From: Candidatus Caldarchaeales archaeon
GTDB lineage: Archaea > Thermoproteota > Nitrososphaeria_A > Caldarchaeales > Wolframiiraptoraceae
Length of the DNA: 64,000 nucleotides
Reading direction: 5' to 3'
Assembly: GCA_039630055.1 (NCBI GenBank)
Contig: JBCNVN010000004.1
Location: 19,811 to 83,810 of the forward strand
The first letter of the stretch is position 1; every line of letters begins with the position of its first letter. The notes beneath the pieces were generated by a model. The model was not told the DNA's origin. It saw only the letters and a list, made by a program, of their open reading frames with translations, and did not search any database. Positions 1 to 9,905 of the stretch are shown here, one piece after another. The position numbers and the translations under genes are program-made.

Positions 1-1227
1 CTTCAATATATTCTCAGGGATCAAACGTTTGGCCTTCGGGCTTATGGCTTCAAGACCTATCTTGTTATCATTCTGAAGATCAACGGCAGGTAAGATCGTT
101 TGTCCTGGGACAAATGGATTATCGGGTGGGAGAGAGATGTGATGATTCATTCCTAAGAAGATTAGTCTATCAGGATGCTTTGTACCTGCTAGATACTCCT
201 TCAATATATGATAGAATAATACCTCCCATCTCGTATCAAATGAGACTGCTACTGTATCGGTAGTTCCCCAACCATAAAGCCCAACTATATCAGAGTCTTT
301 TCCAACGAACCATATCTTTCTTTCTTCAGCAACTTTGAGGGGTTCGACAGAGTCTGTGTAATGTGTGAGAACGTCGACTCCGAGATCAACCAATGCATGT
401 GAGACCTCTCTCTCCTTCGGTGGATCATACCACTCTCCAACGTATTTGATGTAAAGGGTAGCATCTGGATTAGCATCTTTTATCCCGAGATTGAATGCCG
501 CCATTCTTCTCCAATTCTGGACGCATGCTGGACCTACTGCAATTCCAATCTTGTTACTCTCAGTTATCGCTCCCGCAATCAATCCTTCTAGATACATTGC
601 TTGATATTGTCTTATGAAGACTCTCAAGAAATTCCTTTGAGATGATATATCGCTTCCCACTATTCCGAGGAAATATACATCTGGATATTCTGGAGCTACT
701 CTATGGAAAGATGGGACTGCTGCAGGCTCCCAGCTACCGAAAATAATGTTTGCTCCACCTACTGCTATCAAATCTTTAGCGGAAGAGATCGGGTCCTTAC
801 CCTTCAATACAACGCCTTCATCATATATATAATCAAACCATGGATAAAGTGTCTTCAACCTTTCTACTGCCTTTATCTGTCTACCATCCCATGTCGAACC
901 CTCTATATACCCACCTAGAACCATGCCCATGACAACCTTTAACCCCTTTGGAACCTCAGTTATCTTAGTCTCAGTACGCGTAACAGTACTAGTTACTGTA
1001 GTTGGTACAGTTACCGTAGTCGGTACAGTTACTGTGGCAGCGCCTACTGTGACTGTTCTTGTCTCCGTAAGAGTAGCAGGCGCCGCGGCGGTACTCCCTG
1101 CATAGTATCCTCCGACTCCTGCTACTATACCGGCGACGACTACTCCTGCAGCAACTTTTCCAGCTGTTGAGATAGCTTTCCTACGGGAAAGTTTTCTTAG
1201 TAATATTCTATCATCGCCTTCCTTCAT
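1..1227 (-). CDS. BMP-family ABC transporter substrate-binding protein with Tat signal (3' end runs off the window; absent from the ORF track)
   Basis: Manual translation from ATG at 1227 stays open to base 1. It begins MKEGDDRILLRKLSRRKAISTAGKVAAGVVVAG (twin-Arg plus hydrophobic segment), continues with a Thr/Val linker, then shows BMP-like motifs YLEGLIAGAITESNKIG, AFNLGIKDANPDA and YVGEWYDPPKEREV. Confidence 0.85.
   Translation of the reverse strand, partial: MKEGDDRILLRKLSRRKAISTAGKVAAGVVVAGIVAGVGGYYAGSTAAAPATLTETRTVTVGAATVTVPTTVTVPTTVTSTVTRTETKITEVPKGLKVVMGMVLGGYIEGSTWDGRQIKAVERLKTLYPWFDYIYDEGVVLKGKDPISSAKDLIAVGGANIIFGSWEPAAVPSFHRVAPEYPDVYFLGIVGSDISSQRNFLRVFIRQYQAMYLEGLIAGAITESNKIGIAVGPACVQNWRRMAAFNLGIKDANPDATLYIKYVGEWYDPPKEREVSHALVDLGVDVLTHYTDSVEPLKVAEERKIWFVGKDSDIVGLYGWGTTDTVAVSFDTRWEVLFYHILKEYLAGTKHPDRLIFLGMNHHISLPPDNPFVPGQTILPAVDLQNDNKIGLEAISPKAKRLIPENILK
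991..1035. repeat. 18-bp tandem repeat, about 2.5 copies, encoding the TVTVPT linker
   Basis: Units read agttactgtagttggtac / agttaccgtagtcggtac / agttactgt. Confidence 0.85.
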
Positions 1228-1468
1228 GACCTTTATTAAAGATGATGGGTAATATAAACGTTAACCATACATATTGTGATTTTTTCCCCTAGAAAACCCT
1301 TTCTTTAAACTCTATCTCTAACATGTCTATAGTTATGGAGTTAGAATTAGTAAGATGCAAAGATAATAAATACAGTTTTAGATACTATAAAGAGACCTGA
1401 AGATACAGGCTTTATCTTAGAAATAATTATTTTTATATTAATTTCATGGTATTTTGGAAGCTAGAAGT

Positions 1469-2284
1469 TTACTTTTCGTTTGCGAAAGCTACTATTCTAG
1501 CAAAGGCAGATTCGCCATCTTGGAACTTGAATGGGAAGGCTCCTATTATACATCTTCTATTGACTACTTTGCTTATCTCTCCACCCAGGTTCTCAGCATG
1601 TAGCACCATGTCAGGGAAAAGTTCAAGATGCATCAACTGGTAGTTCTTAGGCCATGGCAGTACCTCATCTATCTTCTTCCCCCACTTCTTCTCAGCTTCA
1701 GCCACCAGGTCAGGCCTAGCTCTCCTGATAACTGTGTTGAGAGGATGGTCTGCAGACATTGCATCTACACCTATCCATTTTATCTTCATATCTATACACC
1801 ATCTTGCAAAGCTCTCATCGGGACCTGGATGCTTCACCATATATCTAACTTCATCTGGCTCTGTTCCACACCAAGCATACTTATGATATCCAGTATGTAT
1901 TATGAGAATATCTCCCTTTTTGACCTCTATGCCTCCTTCTTTGGCAGCCTTCTTTATGGTCTCCGATGTATAGATATCGTAGTCTCCTACGTAAGGAGAT
2001 ATATCTACTATTACTCCTTCTCCTACGAGATAGTCTTCGAGGGGGAGGCTTGCTATATCTTTTCCACCCGTTACGAAGTGCATTTGGCTATCGAAGTGAG
2101 TCCCAAAGTGTAGTGAGGTCTCTATATATTGTGCGTTTACACCATGTTCTCCAAGCGTCTTTATCCAGTAGACCTTCATAGGTGGATACCACATGAAGGG
2201 TGGTTGCTTCCAGCTCGTCGGTTGAGATAAGTCGTAAATCCTAACCCTGCTCCAATCTACTATCTTACTCCAATCCAAAACCAT
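1469..2284 (-). CDS. Cyclase-family metal-dependent amidohydrolase (kynurenine formamidase/isatin hydrolase-like)
   Basis: HFGTHFD (HxGTHxD) motif, GDILIIHTG, IGVDAMSAD, HAENL and C-terminal ARIVA. Confidence 0.9.
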   Translation of the reverse strand: MVLDWSKIVDWSRVRIYDLSQPTSWKQPPFMWYPPMKVYWIKTLGEHGVNAQYIETSLHFGTHFDSQMHFVTGGKDIASLPLEDYLVGEGVIVDISPYVGDYDIYTSETIKKAAKEGGIEVKKGDILIIHTGYHKYAWCGTEPDEVRYMVKHPGPDESFARWCIDMKIKWIGVDAMSADHPLNTVIRRARPDLVAEAEKKWGKKIDEVLPWPKNYQLMHLELFPDMVLHAENLGGEISKVVNRRCIIGAFPFKFQDGESAFARIVAFANEK

Positions 2285-2381
2285 TCGAGATCACAAAATA
2301 CTTTACACTCTACATAATATAAATCTATTTTTTATACAGATAGAATAAAGTAGAAATAGTGAAGACAGGGTAAGTTATGTG

Positions 2382-2400
2382 AATCTCACATGTTGAGATT
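2382..2400. promoter_or_regulatory. 7-5-7 palindrome between the divergent cyclase and coxG genes; candidate operator
   Basis: AATCTCA-catgt-TGAGATT. Confidence 0.35.
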
Positions 2401-2438
2401 TGATTAAACTTAAAATCAACGATGAGTTTTATTAAAAC

Positions 2439-2888
2439 ATGAAGTTTGAAGGTAAACTAAATTTGAGATCTCGGAGAGAGGATGTCTGGAACTTTATATC
2501 AGAACCTGCTAAAGTTATTGAATGTGTCCCAGGCGTCGAAGAATACTCTCTCTCTGAAGGTAAGAGGATAACAGCAAGAGTTAAAGTATCTATCGGATTT
2601 ATTAAAGGAACTTTCCATACCTCTAGCAGTGTAGTTGAAGAAGACCATAGTAACTATACCGCCAAGTTGAAATTAGGTGGTTCAGGTGCAGGAAGCGGTT
2701 TTGATGCTTTAGTAGACATAAAGCTAAACGATATAGATGGTGGTACTGAGATGGTCTGGAAGGCTGATGTAAATGTTTCAGGACCACTAGGAAGCTTAGC
2801 TAAACCTATGCTAGAAGGTTATGTAAAAAAGCTTGTAGATCAGCTTTTCGACTGTATTAAACAGAGAGTTGTAAGCTCAAGTATTTAA
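2439..2888 (+). CDS. CoxG-like SRPBCC protein
   Basis: VWNFISEP..VIECVPG N-terminus, typical CoxG length, directly upstream of Mo-hydroxylase genes. Confidence 0.85.
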   Translation: MKFEGKLNLRSRREDVWNFISEPAKVIECVPGVEEYSLSEGKRITARVKVSIGFIKGTFHTSSSVVEEDHSNYTAKLKLGGSGAGSGFDALVDIKLNDIDGGTEMVWKADVNVSGPLGSLAKPMLEGYVKKLVDQLFDCIKQRVVSSSI

Positions 2889-2942
2889 GAAATAGATTTA
2901 AGTAAGGCTAGGTTTTTATCACGATGCAGGAGGAGAAAAAAA

Positions 2943-5339
2943 TTGTCCTACAAGTATATTGGAAAACCCATTCCCCCTCAAGATGCATTCTATAAAGTTA
3001 CTGGAACCGCCCAATATACTCTAGATATAGACCTTCCAGGAATGCTTTATTCTAAACTAGTTACCAGCACCGTACCCCATGCGAAGATAAAGAGGATTGA
3101 TATAAGTAAGGCTGAAAAAGTTCCAGGAGTAGTCAAAGTCGTAGTAGGAAGAGATTTCCCTTACAGAGTTGGGATGTATGCTGGAGATAGAGATCTTCTA
3201 GCGATTGATAAGGTTAGATGGGTTGGCCACCCAGTAGCAGCCGTTATTGCAGAAGATCTAGAGGCTGCCGAGAAAGCAATAGATCTTGTTGATGTAGAAT
3301 ATGAAGAGCTGCCAGCAGTATTCGATCCATTAGAAGCTCTTAGACCTGATGCACCTTTAATCCATGAGAAGATGGAAGAATATAGACATTCTCCTGCGTT
3401 TAGACCCATACCTGGAACGAATATTGCAAATAAGTTCACGTTAGTTAAAGGTGATGTGGAGAAGGGTTTCAGAGAAGCGGACATAGTAATCGAGGGACAA
3501 TTTTACATACCTCATGTAAGTCATTCATACATGGAGGTTCAAAACGTTATTGCACATTATCATTTAGACGGAACCATAGAGATATGGACAAGCTGGCAGA
3601 ATGTTGCTCCTATCAGGCAGATCATGGCCCTATCTCTAGGAATACCACACAACAAGATTATAGTTAGGATCCCTTATGTTGGAGGAGGGTTTGGAGGTAA
3701 AGCTGGTCTAGGATGGGAAGCTCTAGTGGCCATACTCTCTAAAGAGGCTGGATACAGACCTGTAAAACTTATCTTATCAAGAAGAGAACAGTTTACATCA
3801 GCTGCAGTTAGAGAAGGATTCTACGGATTTGCTAAAGCTGGATTCAAGAAAGATGGCAAGTTTATCGCTTACGATGTTAAATTCATATTAGATGCTGGAG
3901 CATACGGAGACTACACTGTTAACGTTGGTAGAGCAGTCGGCTACTCTGCTGATGGAAGCTACGAGATACCTAACATCAAAGTTGAATCTCTAACTGTTTA
4001 CACGAATAAGATACCTACAACAGCTCTAAGAGGCTTTGGGTACCCTGAAAGCCACTGGGTTCTCGAACAGATTATGGATAGAGCAGCACAGAAGATCGGC
4101 TTGGATCCTGCAGAGATCAGGAGGATCAATCTAGTCAAGCCAGGTGTATCGGAGACGTGTACAGGTGAGAGGCTTAGAGAAGATGTTGGAGATCCTCAGA
4201 AAGTATTACAAACTTTACTAGAGGGGATAGAATGGGATAAGCCGATCGAAAGTCTGAAAGAACCATGGAGGATAAGGTCTAAAGGTTTAGCCCTATTCGT
4301 TAAAGGTCCAGCTCAGCCTCCGAATGCTTCCGCCTCGGCCATCTTAAAGTTTAATGAAGATGCTAGCGTAGACCTATTAGTCTCTACCGGTAACTTTGGG
4401 CAGGGAACTGTAACCGCTTTGATCCAGATCGTTGCAGAAGAGTTTGGACTACCATTAGAGAAGGTGAGGGTAGATTATATTAGAGATACCCATAAATCGG
4501 CTTATACTTGGCAGACTGTGGGAAGTAGAGGATTGTTCACAGATGGCATAGCTGTCTTGAGAGCTGTTGAAGATGCTAAGAAACAGATATTCAAAGTGGC
4601 CTCTGAAGTCTTGAGGTGTCCAGAAGAACATCTTGAACTTGTAGATGGAGAAGTAAGAGTAAAGGGGAGACCATGGGAGAGGATACCTCTAAAAGATATA
4701 GTGATGGGCTATACTTATCCTAACGGCAACTCTATTGGAGGTCCGGTAATAGGTAGAGGCGTATTCATGTCCACCCATACCACATATCTCGATCCTGAAA
4801 CAGGACAAGGAAATCCGACGATATTCCATACTTTTGGAGGTACAGCAGTAGAGGTTGAAATAAACTTGCTCACAGGAGAAGTCGAGGTGTTAAAGGCGGT
4901 ACAGGTACTCGACCTGGGAAGAGTGATTAACCCACTACTAGTCAAACAACAGGTAAATGGAGGACTTCTAATGGGTTTAAGCATAGGATTATATGAGCAG
5001 ATAAAATTCGATGAGAGAGGATGGGTTATAAATCCCAACTTTACAAATTACTACCTAGTAAGAATAAAGGATATTCCTAGAGAAGTTATTAGAAAGTTTA
5101 TTGAAACACCCCAGCTGGACGGTCCATATGGGGCGAGAGGGATCGGTGAGTTAACAATGATAGGGGTTGCTCCTGCTATAGCGAATGCAATATTTAGAGC
5201 AACAGGTGTAAAAATAGATCGGCTTCCATTAAATCCGGAAAATGTTTGGAAGGCTCTCAATGAGCAGAGACCCGACCTAGTTAGTGAAGCTATGAATAAG
5301 TTTCTAAAATTGGAAGAGAAGGTAGAGGTGAGAATTTGA
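2943..5339 (+). CDS. Xanthine dehydrogenase-family molybdopterin subunit (copy 1)
   Basis: KVTGTAQY, VGGGFGGK, ALRGFG, GNFGQG and GARGIGE (catalytic Glu) motifs. TTG start after a GGAGG RBS. Confidence 0.92.
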   Translation: MSYKYIGKPIPPQDAFYKVTGTAQYTLDIDLPGMLYSKLVTSTVPHAKIKRIDISKAEKVPGVVKVVVGRDFPYRVGMYAGDRDLLAIDKVRWVGHPVAAVIAEDLEAAEKAIDLVDVEYEELPAVFDPLEALRPDAPLIHEKMEEYRHSPAFRPIPGTNIANKFTLVKGDVEKGFREADIVIEGQFYIPHVSHSYMEVQNVIAHYHLDGTIEIWTSWQNVAPIRQIMALSLGIPHNKIIVRIPYVGGGFGGKAGLGWEALVAILSKEAGYRPVKLILSRREQFTSAAVREGFYGFAKAGFKKDGKFIAYDVKFILDAGAYGDYTVNVGRAVGYSADGSYEIPNIKVESLTVYTNKIPTTALRGFGYPESHWVLEQIMDRAAQKIGLDPAEIRRINLVKPGVSETCTGERLREDVGDPQKVLQTLLEGIEWDKPIESLKEPWRIRSKGLALFVKGPAQPPNASASAILKFNEDASVDLLVSTGNFGQGTVTALIQIVAEEFGLPLEKVRVDYIRDTHKSAYTWQTVGSRGLFTDGIAVLRAVEDAKKQIFKVASEVLRCPEEHLELVDGEVRVKGRPWERIPLKDIVMGYTYPNGNSIGGPVIGRGVFMSTHTTYLDPETGQGNPTIFHTFGGTAVEVEINLLTGEVEVLKAVQVLDLGRVINPLLVKQQVNGGLLMGLSIGLYEQIKFDERGWVINPNFTNYYLVRIKDIPREVIRKFIETPQLDGPYGARGIGELTMIGVAPAIANAIFRATGVKIDRLPLNPENVWKALNEQRPDLVSEAMNKFLKLEEKVEVRI

Positions 5340-6214
5340 GCTTCGGTTCTCCATACTTTACTCTACCGGAGTTTACCTATCATAAACCGAAGACTCTCAG
5401 TGAGGTCCTTGAGCTATTAGAGAGATATGGTGATGAAGCAAAGATCTTAGCTGGTGGAGTAGGCTTAATACCGTTTATGAAAGAAAGGCTTATCTCCCCT
5501 ACACATGTCATAGATATAAAAGAGATATCTGAGTTGAAAAAACTTGAATATAGAAGAGGGGAAGGATTAACTATTGGCGCCACTATCACATTCTCAGAGC
5601 TAGAATCATATCAGATAGTTAGGGAGAAGTACAAAGCTTTGTATCAAGCGGTAAAAATAGCTTCAGACAGTATAATAAGAAATAGAGCTACATTGGTAGG
5701 AAATATATGCGAGGCTATACCATGGGTTGATGGCCCACCTCCATTAATAGCCTATGATGCTGAAGTCGAGATTAGAAGCTTGGATAAGGTTAGAAGAGTG
5801 TTAGTCGCAGACTTCATTAAAGGCCCAGTAGAGACCGATCTAAAACCTGGAGAGATCGTTACCTCTATAAAGATACCTGATATACCTGATGATGCAAGAA
5901 GTGGATTCATAAAATTTAACACAGGATCGGAGTTCGCTCTAGCAACTATCTCTGCTTATTTGGTGATGAAGAAGGAGAAGAGAGATGTGAGGCTAGTCTA
6001 TGGAGCCATCTCTACTAAACCTATAAGAGCTTTTGAAGCTGAGAAAATCCTTCAAGGCGAAGACGACATAAGAAATCTTATACGTTTAGCAGCTGTAAAG
6101 GCTTCTGAGGAGGTTGAAGTCGTCTCAGACGTACTGGCTTCTGAAGAATATAGAAGACATCTCGTCAAAGTACTTACCATGAAGATTTTGATGGATTTGG
6201 TGGAGGATGATTAA
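5336..6214 (+). CDS. Xanthine dehydrogenase-family FAD subunit (copy 1)
   Basis: KILAGG, IRNRATLVGNIC and ASEEYRRHL. Confidence 0.92.
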   Translation: MSFGSPYFTLPEFTYHKPKTLSEVLELLERYGDEAKILAGGVGLIPFMKERLISPTHVIDIKEISELKKLEYRRGEGLTIGATITFSELESYQIVREKYKALYQAVKIASDSIIRNRATLVGNICEAIPWVDGPPPLIAYDAEVEIRSLDKVRRVLVADFIKGPVETDLKPGEIVTSIKIPDIPDDARSGFIKFNTGSEFALATISAYLVMKKEKRDVRLVYGAISTKPIRAFEAEKILQGEDDIRNLIRLAAVKASEEVEVVSDVLASEEYRRHLVKVLTMKILMDLVEDD

Positions 6215-6216
6215 GG

Positions 6217-6705
6217 ATGGTTCGAAGAATAAATCTAAAAGTAAATGGATATAGAAGAAGCGTTGAAGTAAAAGATAATGAACTGCTTCTAGATGTATTA
6301 AGAGATAAACTGAAGATAAAGGGTTTGAAGCCAGCTTGCTGGCGTGGTGAATGCGGTCTATGCACAGTTATACTGAATGGAAAACTTGTAAAGTCTTGTC
6401 TTGTTCTTGCTGTTGAGGTTGATGGTTCTGAGATTGTTACCGTTGAGGGTTTGGCTAGGGATGGTGAGCTAACACCATTACAGAGAGCATTCATAGAGCA
6501 TGGAGCACTACAATGCGGATTCTGTACACCAGCGTTCGTCCTCGCCTCCCATCAACTGCTACTCGAAAATCCCGATCCATCCGATGAAGAGATAAAAGAG
6601 AGATTAAGCGGAATACTCTGTAGATGCGGTACATATTATGAGATTATAGAGGCGATTAAGAGTGCATCAAAGTATTATCGAAAAGATGTTACTGATCGGT
6701 CATAA
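6217..6705 (+). CDS. Xanthine dehydrogenase-family 2Fe-2S subunit (copy 1)
   Basis: CWRGECGLC, QCGFCTP and CRC. Confidence 0.93.
   Translation: MVRRINLKVNGYRRSVEVKDNELLLDVLRDKLKIKGLKPACWRGECGLCTVILNGKLVKSCLVLAVEVDGSEIVTVEGLARDGELTPLQRAFIEHGALQCGFCTPAFVLASHQLLLENPDPSDEEIKERLSGILCRCGTYYEIIEAIKSASKYYRKDVTDRS
6387..6537 (+). repeat. 151-bp perfect inverted repeat, copy A (partner at 19066-19216)
   Basis: Base-by-base comparison shows it is identical to the reverse complement of 19066-19216. The flanks diverge immediately. Confidence 0.95.
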
Positions 6706-6873
6706 GATCTTATCCAATTTTTCTTTTAATTTCTTCTCTAGACTTGGAGGCGGCTGCCAATTTACTTGGACCACTCTTACCCCCTGGTCTCTTAGAGAGA
6801 GATAGAATATCTCTAAACCAATGTTTACTGCTTTAATCTCTCCCTTAAATAGATTTAATATTTTCTCACTCAT
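6700..6873 (-). CDS. Small FdrA C-terminal-domain protein (57 aa; below the ORF-track cutoff)
   Basis: MSEKILNLFKGEIKAVNIGLEIFYLSLRDQGVRVVQVNWQPPPSLEKKLKEKLDKIL, with a GGGGG RBS. It resembles the NIGL..F...L..Q...VV...W.P tail of E. coli FdrA as I recall it. Confidence 0.85.
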   Translation of the reverse strand: MSEKILNLFKGEIKAVNIGLEIFYLSLRDQGVRVVQVNWQPPPSLEKKLKEKLDKIL

Positions 6874-6884
6874 CTTTTATCCCC

Positions 6885-8522
6885 CTATACTTCTATGAAC
6901 TCTCTGAAAACCCTCTTCAACTTTTCATCAGATATCCTACAATGTTTTGCTATTATAGCCGATGTAAAAGCCATCAAGGCATTCGTTGGAAAGACCAGTA
7001 CACCCAAATTCTTCAACTTCTCTTCTTGTACCATTGAGTTCTGAGGATCTGCCTCTGTACCACACACATGTCCTAGAATAACTATCTGCCTAGAGTCTTT
7101 CTCAGCTATCTTCCTAGCCTCAATTATAGAGTCCTGCATTGCTCCAACTGGGTCTGGATGAGCACCATAACCTAGAACAAAGTCTAAGGTTATTACTGCA
7201 ACTTCAGGATCTTTCGCCTCTTCTATCAATCTTATCTTTCTTATTGTTGGGTCGATCATCGGATGGGGTCTACCGGCTGTAAACTCTTCCTCACCAAGAT
7301 CTACTACTGTGTGCATTCGGCTCTTGTAAGAGTCTTCTAGCTTATACTTTAAGTCTAGAGGAGCATTACTGTATACATCTTTACCTATAAGTTCACGATA
7401 TATTAGAAGCGATTCATACATTAGTGTTCCTCCAGTGTAGAGTGCTCTCAAATATCTCTGATCTGCTTTCAAATTCTTTGAAAGGTTTCTACAGAGTTTC
7501 TTTAACTCGGATAGCTTTAGAGAGATCTTTGATCTAGCTTCTCTGTATTTCTCTGGACTGTTCATTTTGACCATGTCTAATACTGCTAATTGGAGGCTTC
7601 TAACTGAATGTATCCTTTTAGCTAATTTCTTTGGAGGAATATACTTTCTAGTCCCCAGGAAACATAAGACGAATGGTTTCCTAGTCTCTCCCTCAATAAA
7701 TTGGATGATCTTCTTTAGTACAGAAGAATCTGGAGGCTTTGAAATAACCATTATAGATTTTGTATCTTCATCTGCTTCGAGAGCCTTAATACAATCTATA
7801 GTCATTATTCCTCCCACTGCCTCCTTTACATCATTTCCACCTACACCGAGACCTTGTGAGATCCCTAGACCAACCTTATCTAAGAGCACGCTAACTTCTT
7901 GAAGTCCGGTTCCGGCTGCTGCAACCACACCGATAGGACCAGTTCTAACTTTGTTAGCGAAGGCTATGGCTTTACCGTTTATGATCGATGTTCCCGCTCC
8001 AGGTCCTAGAACCAGTAAGCCTCTCTCACTAGCATACTTCTTTAATTCTACTTCATCTTCTATTGGAACATGGTCACTAAACAGATGAATATGTATATTT
8101 TTCTCAAGTATTTTTAGGGCTAATTCTTTAACGTACTGACCAGGTATAGAGATTACTGCTAGATTGACGTCTGGCATGTCTTCCAATGCGGAATCAAGAG
8201 AAAAGTATGTCTTCTCTATAGATGGTTGGAGGCTGATAGAGGGCTTAGTCAACATGTCTTCTATATTTGAGATTATATTTGGAAGGAGGTTTTCATCTCT
8301 CGCTTTAATGGCTAATACTAGATCGTTAGGTGTGGCCGCTCTCCCCTCATCTGTTAGAAGACCCAACCTTTCCAAGATTTCCTTGTTTGTGCTAGTCCCC
8401 ATTACTAGAGCTGCATCAACCACTCCATCTATCTTCTTAACCTCTTCAGATAACTGCATCAGCTGCAATGAATCTCTGAAGAAATTCTCCTTAACTACAT
8501 TCTTTACGACATCCATGATCAA
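6885..8522 (-). CDS. fdrA: FdrA (AllF-like) acyl-CoA synthetase-like subunit
   Basis: FRDSLQLM, MGTSTNK, LYTGGTL, DLGEEEFTAGRPHPMIDP, DFVLGYGAHPDP and VCGTEADPQ. Confidence 0.9.
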   Translation of the reverse strand: MIMDVVKNVVKENFFRDSLQLMQLSEEVKKIDGVVDAALVMGTSTNKEILERLGLLTDEGRAATPNDLVLAIKARDENLLPNIISNIEDMLTKPSISLQPSIEKTYFSLDSALEDMPDVNLAVISIPGQYVKELALKILEKNIHIHLFSDHVPIEDEVELKKYASERGLLVLGPGAGTSIINGKAIAFANKVRTGPIGVVAAAGTGLQEVSVLLDKVGLGISQGLGVGGNDVKEAVGGIMTIDCIKALEADEDTKSIMVISKPPDSSVLKKIIQFIEGETRKPFVLCFLGTRKYIPPKKLAKRIHSVRSLQLAVLDMVKMNSPEKYREARSKISLKLSELKKLCRNLSKNLKADQRYLRALYTGGTLMYESLLIYRELIGKDVYSNAPLDLKYKLEDSYKSRMHTVVDLGEEEFTAGRPHPMIDPTIRKIRLIEEAKDPEVAVITLDFVLGYGAHPDPVGAMQDSIIEARKIAEKDSRQIVILGHVCGTEADPQNSMVQEEKLKNLGVLVFPTNALMAFTSAIIAKHCRISDEKLKRVFREFIEV

Positions 8523-8634
8523 TCGTCTTAGATTGGATTACGCTATGGAATAAATATTTCTAAGACATAGTCTTAATTCAGATCCCATTTACATGAGATA
8601 TAAAGTCTTTTAACTCTAGAAGAATGATGAGGGC

Positions 8635-8928
8635 CTATCCTCCACCTATGATCTCTACCAAGTCTATTACGTCAATCGATATACTGTCATTCTCTCTGAG
8701 CGGTGTCTCAACCCCCTTCAAAAGCTTGATACTATGCCCATTAACCAAGACCATTAAATTATCCCTCAACCTACCTTCATGATACAATGTCTTCGTAAAA
8801 TCTTCTCCCAAGATTCTTGAAATATCTTCTATCAGCTCTCTAACATTTTTGGGGGTCTTGTCCAGTATGATCTCATCCCGGTTAGCAATCTCTTTTAATC
8901 TAGAGTATAATCTAACTCTAATACCCAT
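8635..8928 (-). CDS. MoaD/ThiS-family (SAMP-like) ubiquitin-fold protein
   Basis: VLVNG...LKG.ETPLREND and C-terminal GG. Start re-called at MGIRVRLY (8928); the ORF track starts at 9021. Confidence 0.85.
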   Translation of the reverse strand: MGIRVRLYSRLKEIANRDEIILDKTPKNVRELIEDISRILGEDFTKTLYHEGRLRDNLMVLVNGHSIKLLKGVETPLRENDSISIDVIDLVEIIGGG

Positions 8929-8975
8929 CTCATATTTTTGATATAGATGACCAGCATAAATATTTTCTATCGCTA

Positions 8976-9905
8976 CTATGAAAGACCTGTAATTAGGTTT
9001 ATCAGCTTCTCGGTAAGACATGTATTCTTTACATAGTCTAGGAAGGATGATAAGCCGGTCAATACTCCTAAAGTTATATCTAAACCAGAAGTATGTCCTC
9101 TTCTCGCAAGATTGAGGATCGAGTCTATAAAAACTCCTTCATCTCTTGAAGCTATAGAATACAGTAATTGATGTAAGTGCTCATCATAAAAACCATCTTC
9201 TGCATATTTTAAAAACATTGCACTCTCCCAACTAGTATGGCTAAAGAGAAATTCATCATCTAGCATTATCTTGGGAATTTGGAATTCTTCACCTATTATA
9301 TTTAAGAAGCTGATGAATCCGATCAAGAAATCATCGCCTGAGGGTGTGAATCCACCACCTACACCGATGAGATCCCTATAATTTTCAACTTTCCTTAATG
9401 GTTCCAAGTCTCCCCTCGAAAATGGATAGACTACTTCTATCAAGAATCTTCTCAACTGCTCTATCTCTAAGATAGGTATAATGCTAGAAGGTATCGAGTA
9501 AAGGATGATTATAGTGTTCAATCCTTTAATAAACATTTTCTCGTATATCTTCTCTCGGAGATCGTCTAGATGATTGATATTTCCAATCGGTAGAGATGAG
9601 TATCGCTGAGCATTCCTTAAATCGATCTCGATTCTTCCAATCCTAATTTTACTCTCTTCAATATCAATACGATCTCGTAGTTCGATTTGTAGGTAGAATG
9701 GTGTTTCGAGAGTTTTTTGAGAAATGTTTATGGTGTATGGAGACCGGACATTCTTCTGTGTTATTATTATCATATCTCTACATACTTTAACGTATATCGT
9801 ATTAGCGAATATATGATGGATTGAAAACTCACCATAATAATTATCTAAAATCTCTATAGCCTTCTCTCCAATACTTGATGCATATAATTTATATCCCATA
9901 CTCAT
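8976..9905 (-). CDS. DUF2877 protein (YlbF/AllH-like)
   Basis: LIGVGGGFTPSGDDFLIG and GHTSGLD motifs. Confidence 0.88.
   Translation of the reverse strand: MSMGYKLYASSIGEKAIEILDNYYGEFSIHHIFANTIYVKVCRDMIIITQKNVRSPYTINISQKTLETPFYLQIELRDRIDIEESKIRIGRIEIDLRNAQRYSSLPIGNINHLDDLREKIYEKMFIKGLNTIIILYSIPSSIIPILEIEQLRRFLIEVVYPFSRGDLEPLRKVENYRDLIGVGGGFTPSGDDFLIGFISFLNIIGEEFQIPKIMLDDEFLFSHTSWESAMFLKYAEDGFYDEHLHQLLYSIASRDEGVFIDSILNLARRGHTSGLDITLGVLTGLSSFLDYVKNTCLTEKLINLITGLS

Noticed and set aside
2439-6705. Aerobic CO dehydrogenase (coxGLMS)
   Set aside because: The active-site loop is ALRGFG (AFRGFG in copy 2), not AYxCSFR or AYRGAGR.
6873-6887. Stop-codon readthrough joining fdrA to the 57-aa ORF
   Set aside because: The small ORF is in a different frame and has its own RBS.
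8624-8699. Box C/D sRNA (ATGATGA...CTGA)
   Set aside because: The span is long, it lies antisense to a coding region, and there are no convincing D'/C' boxes.
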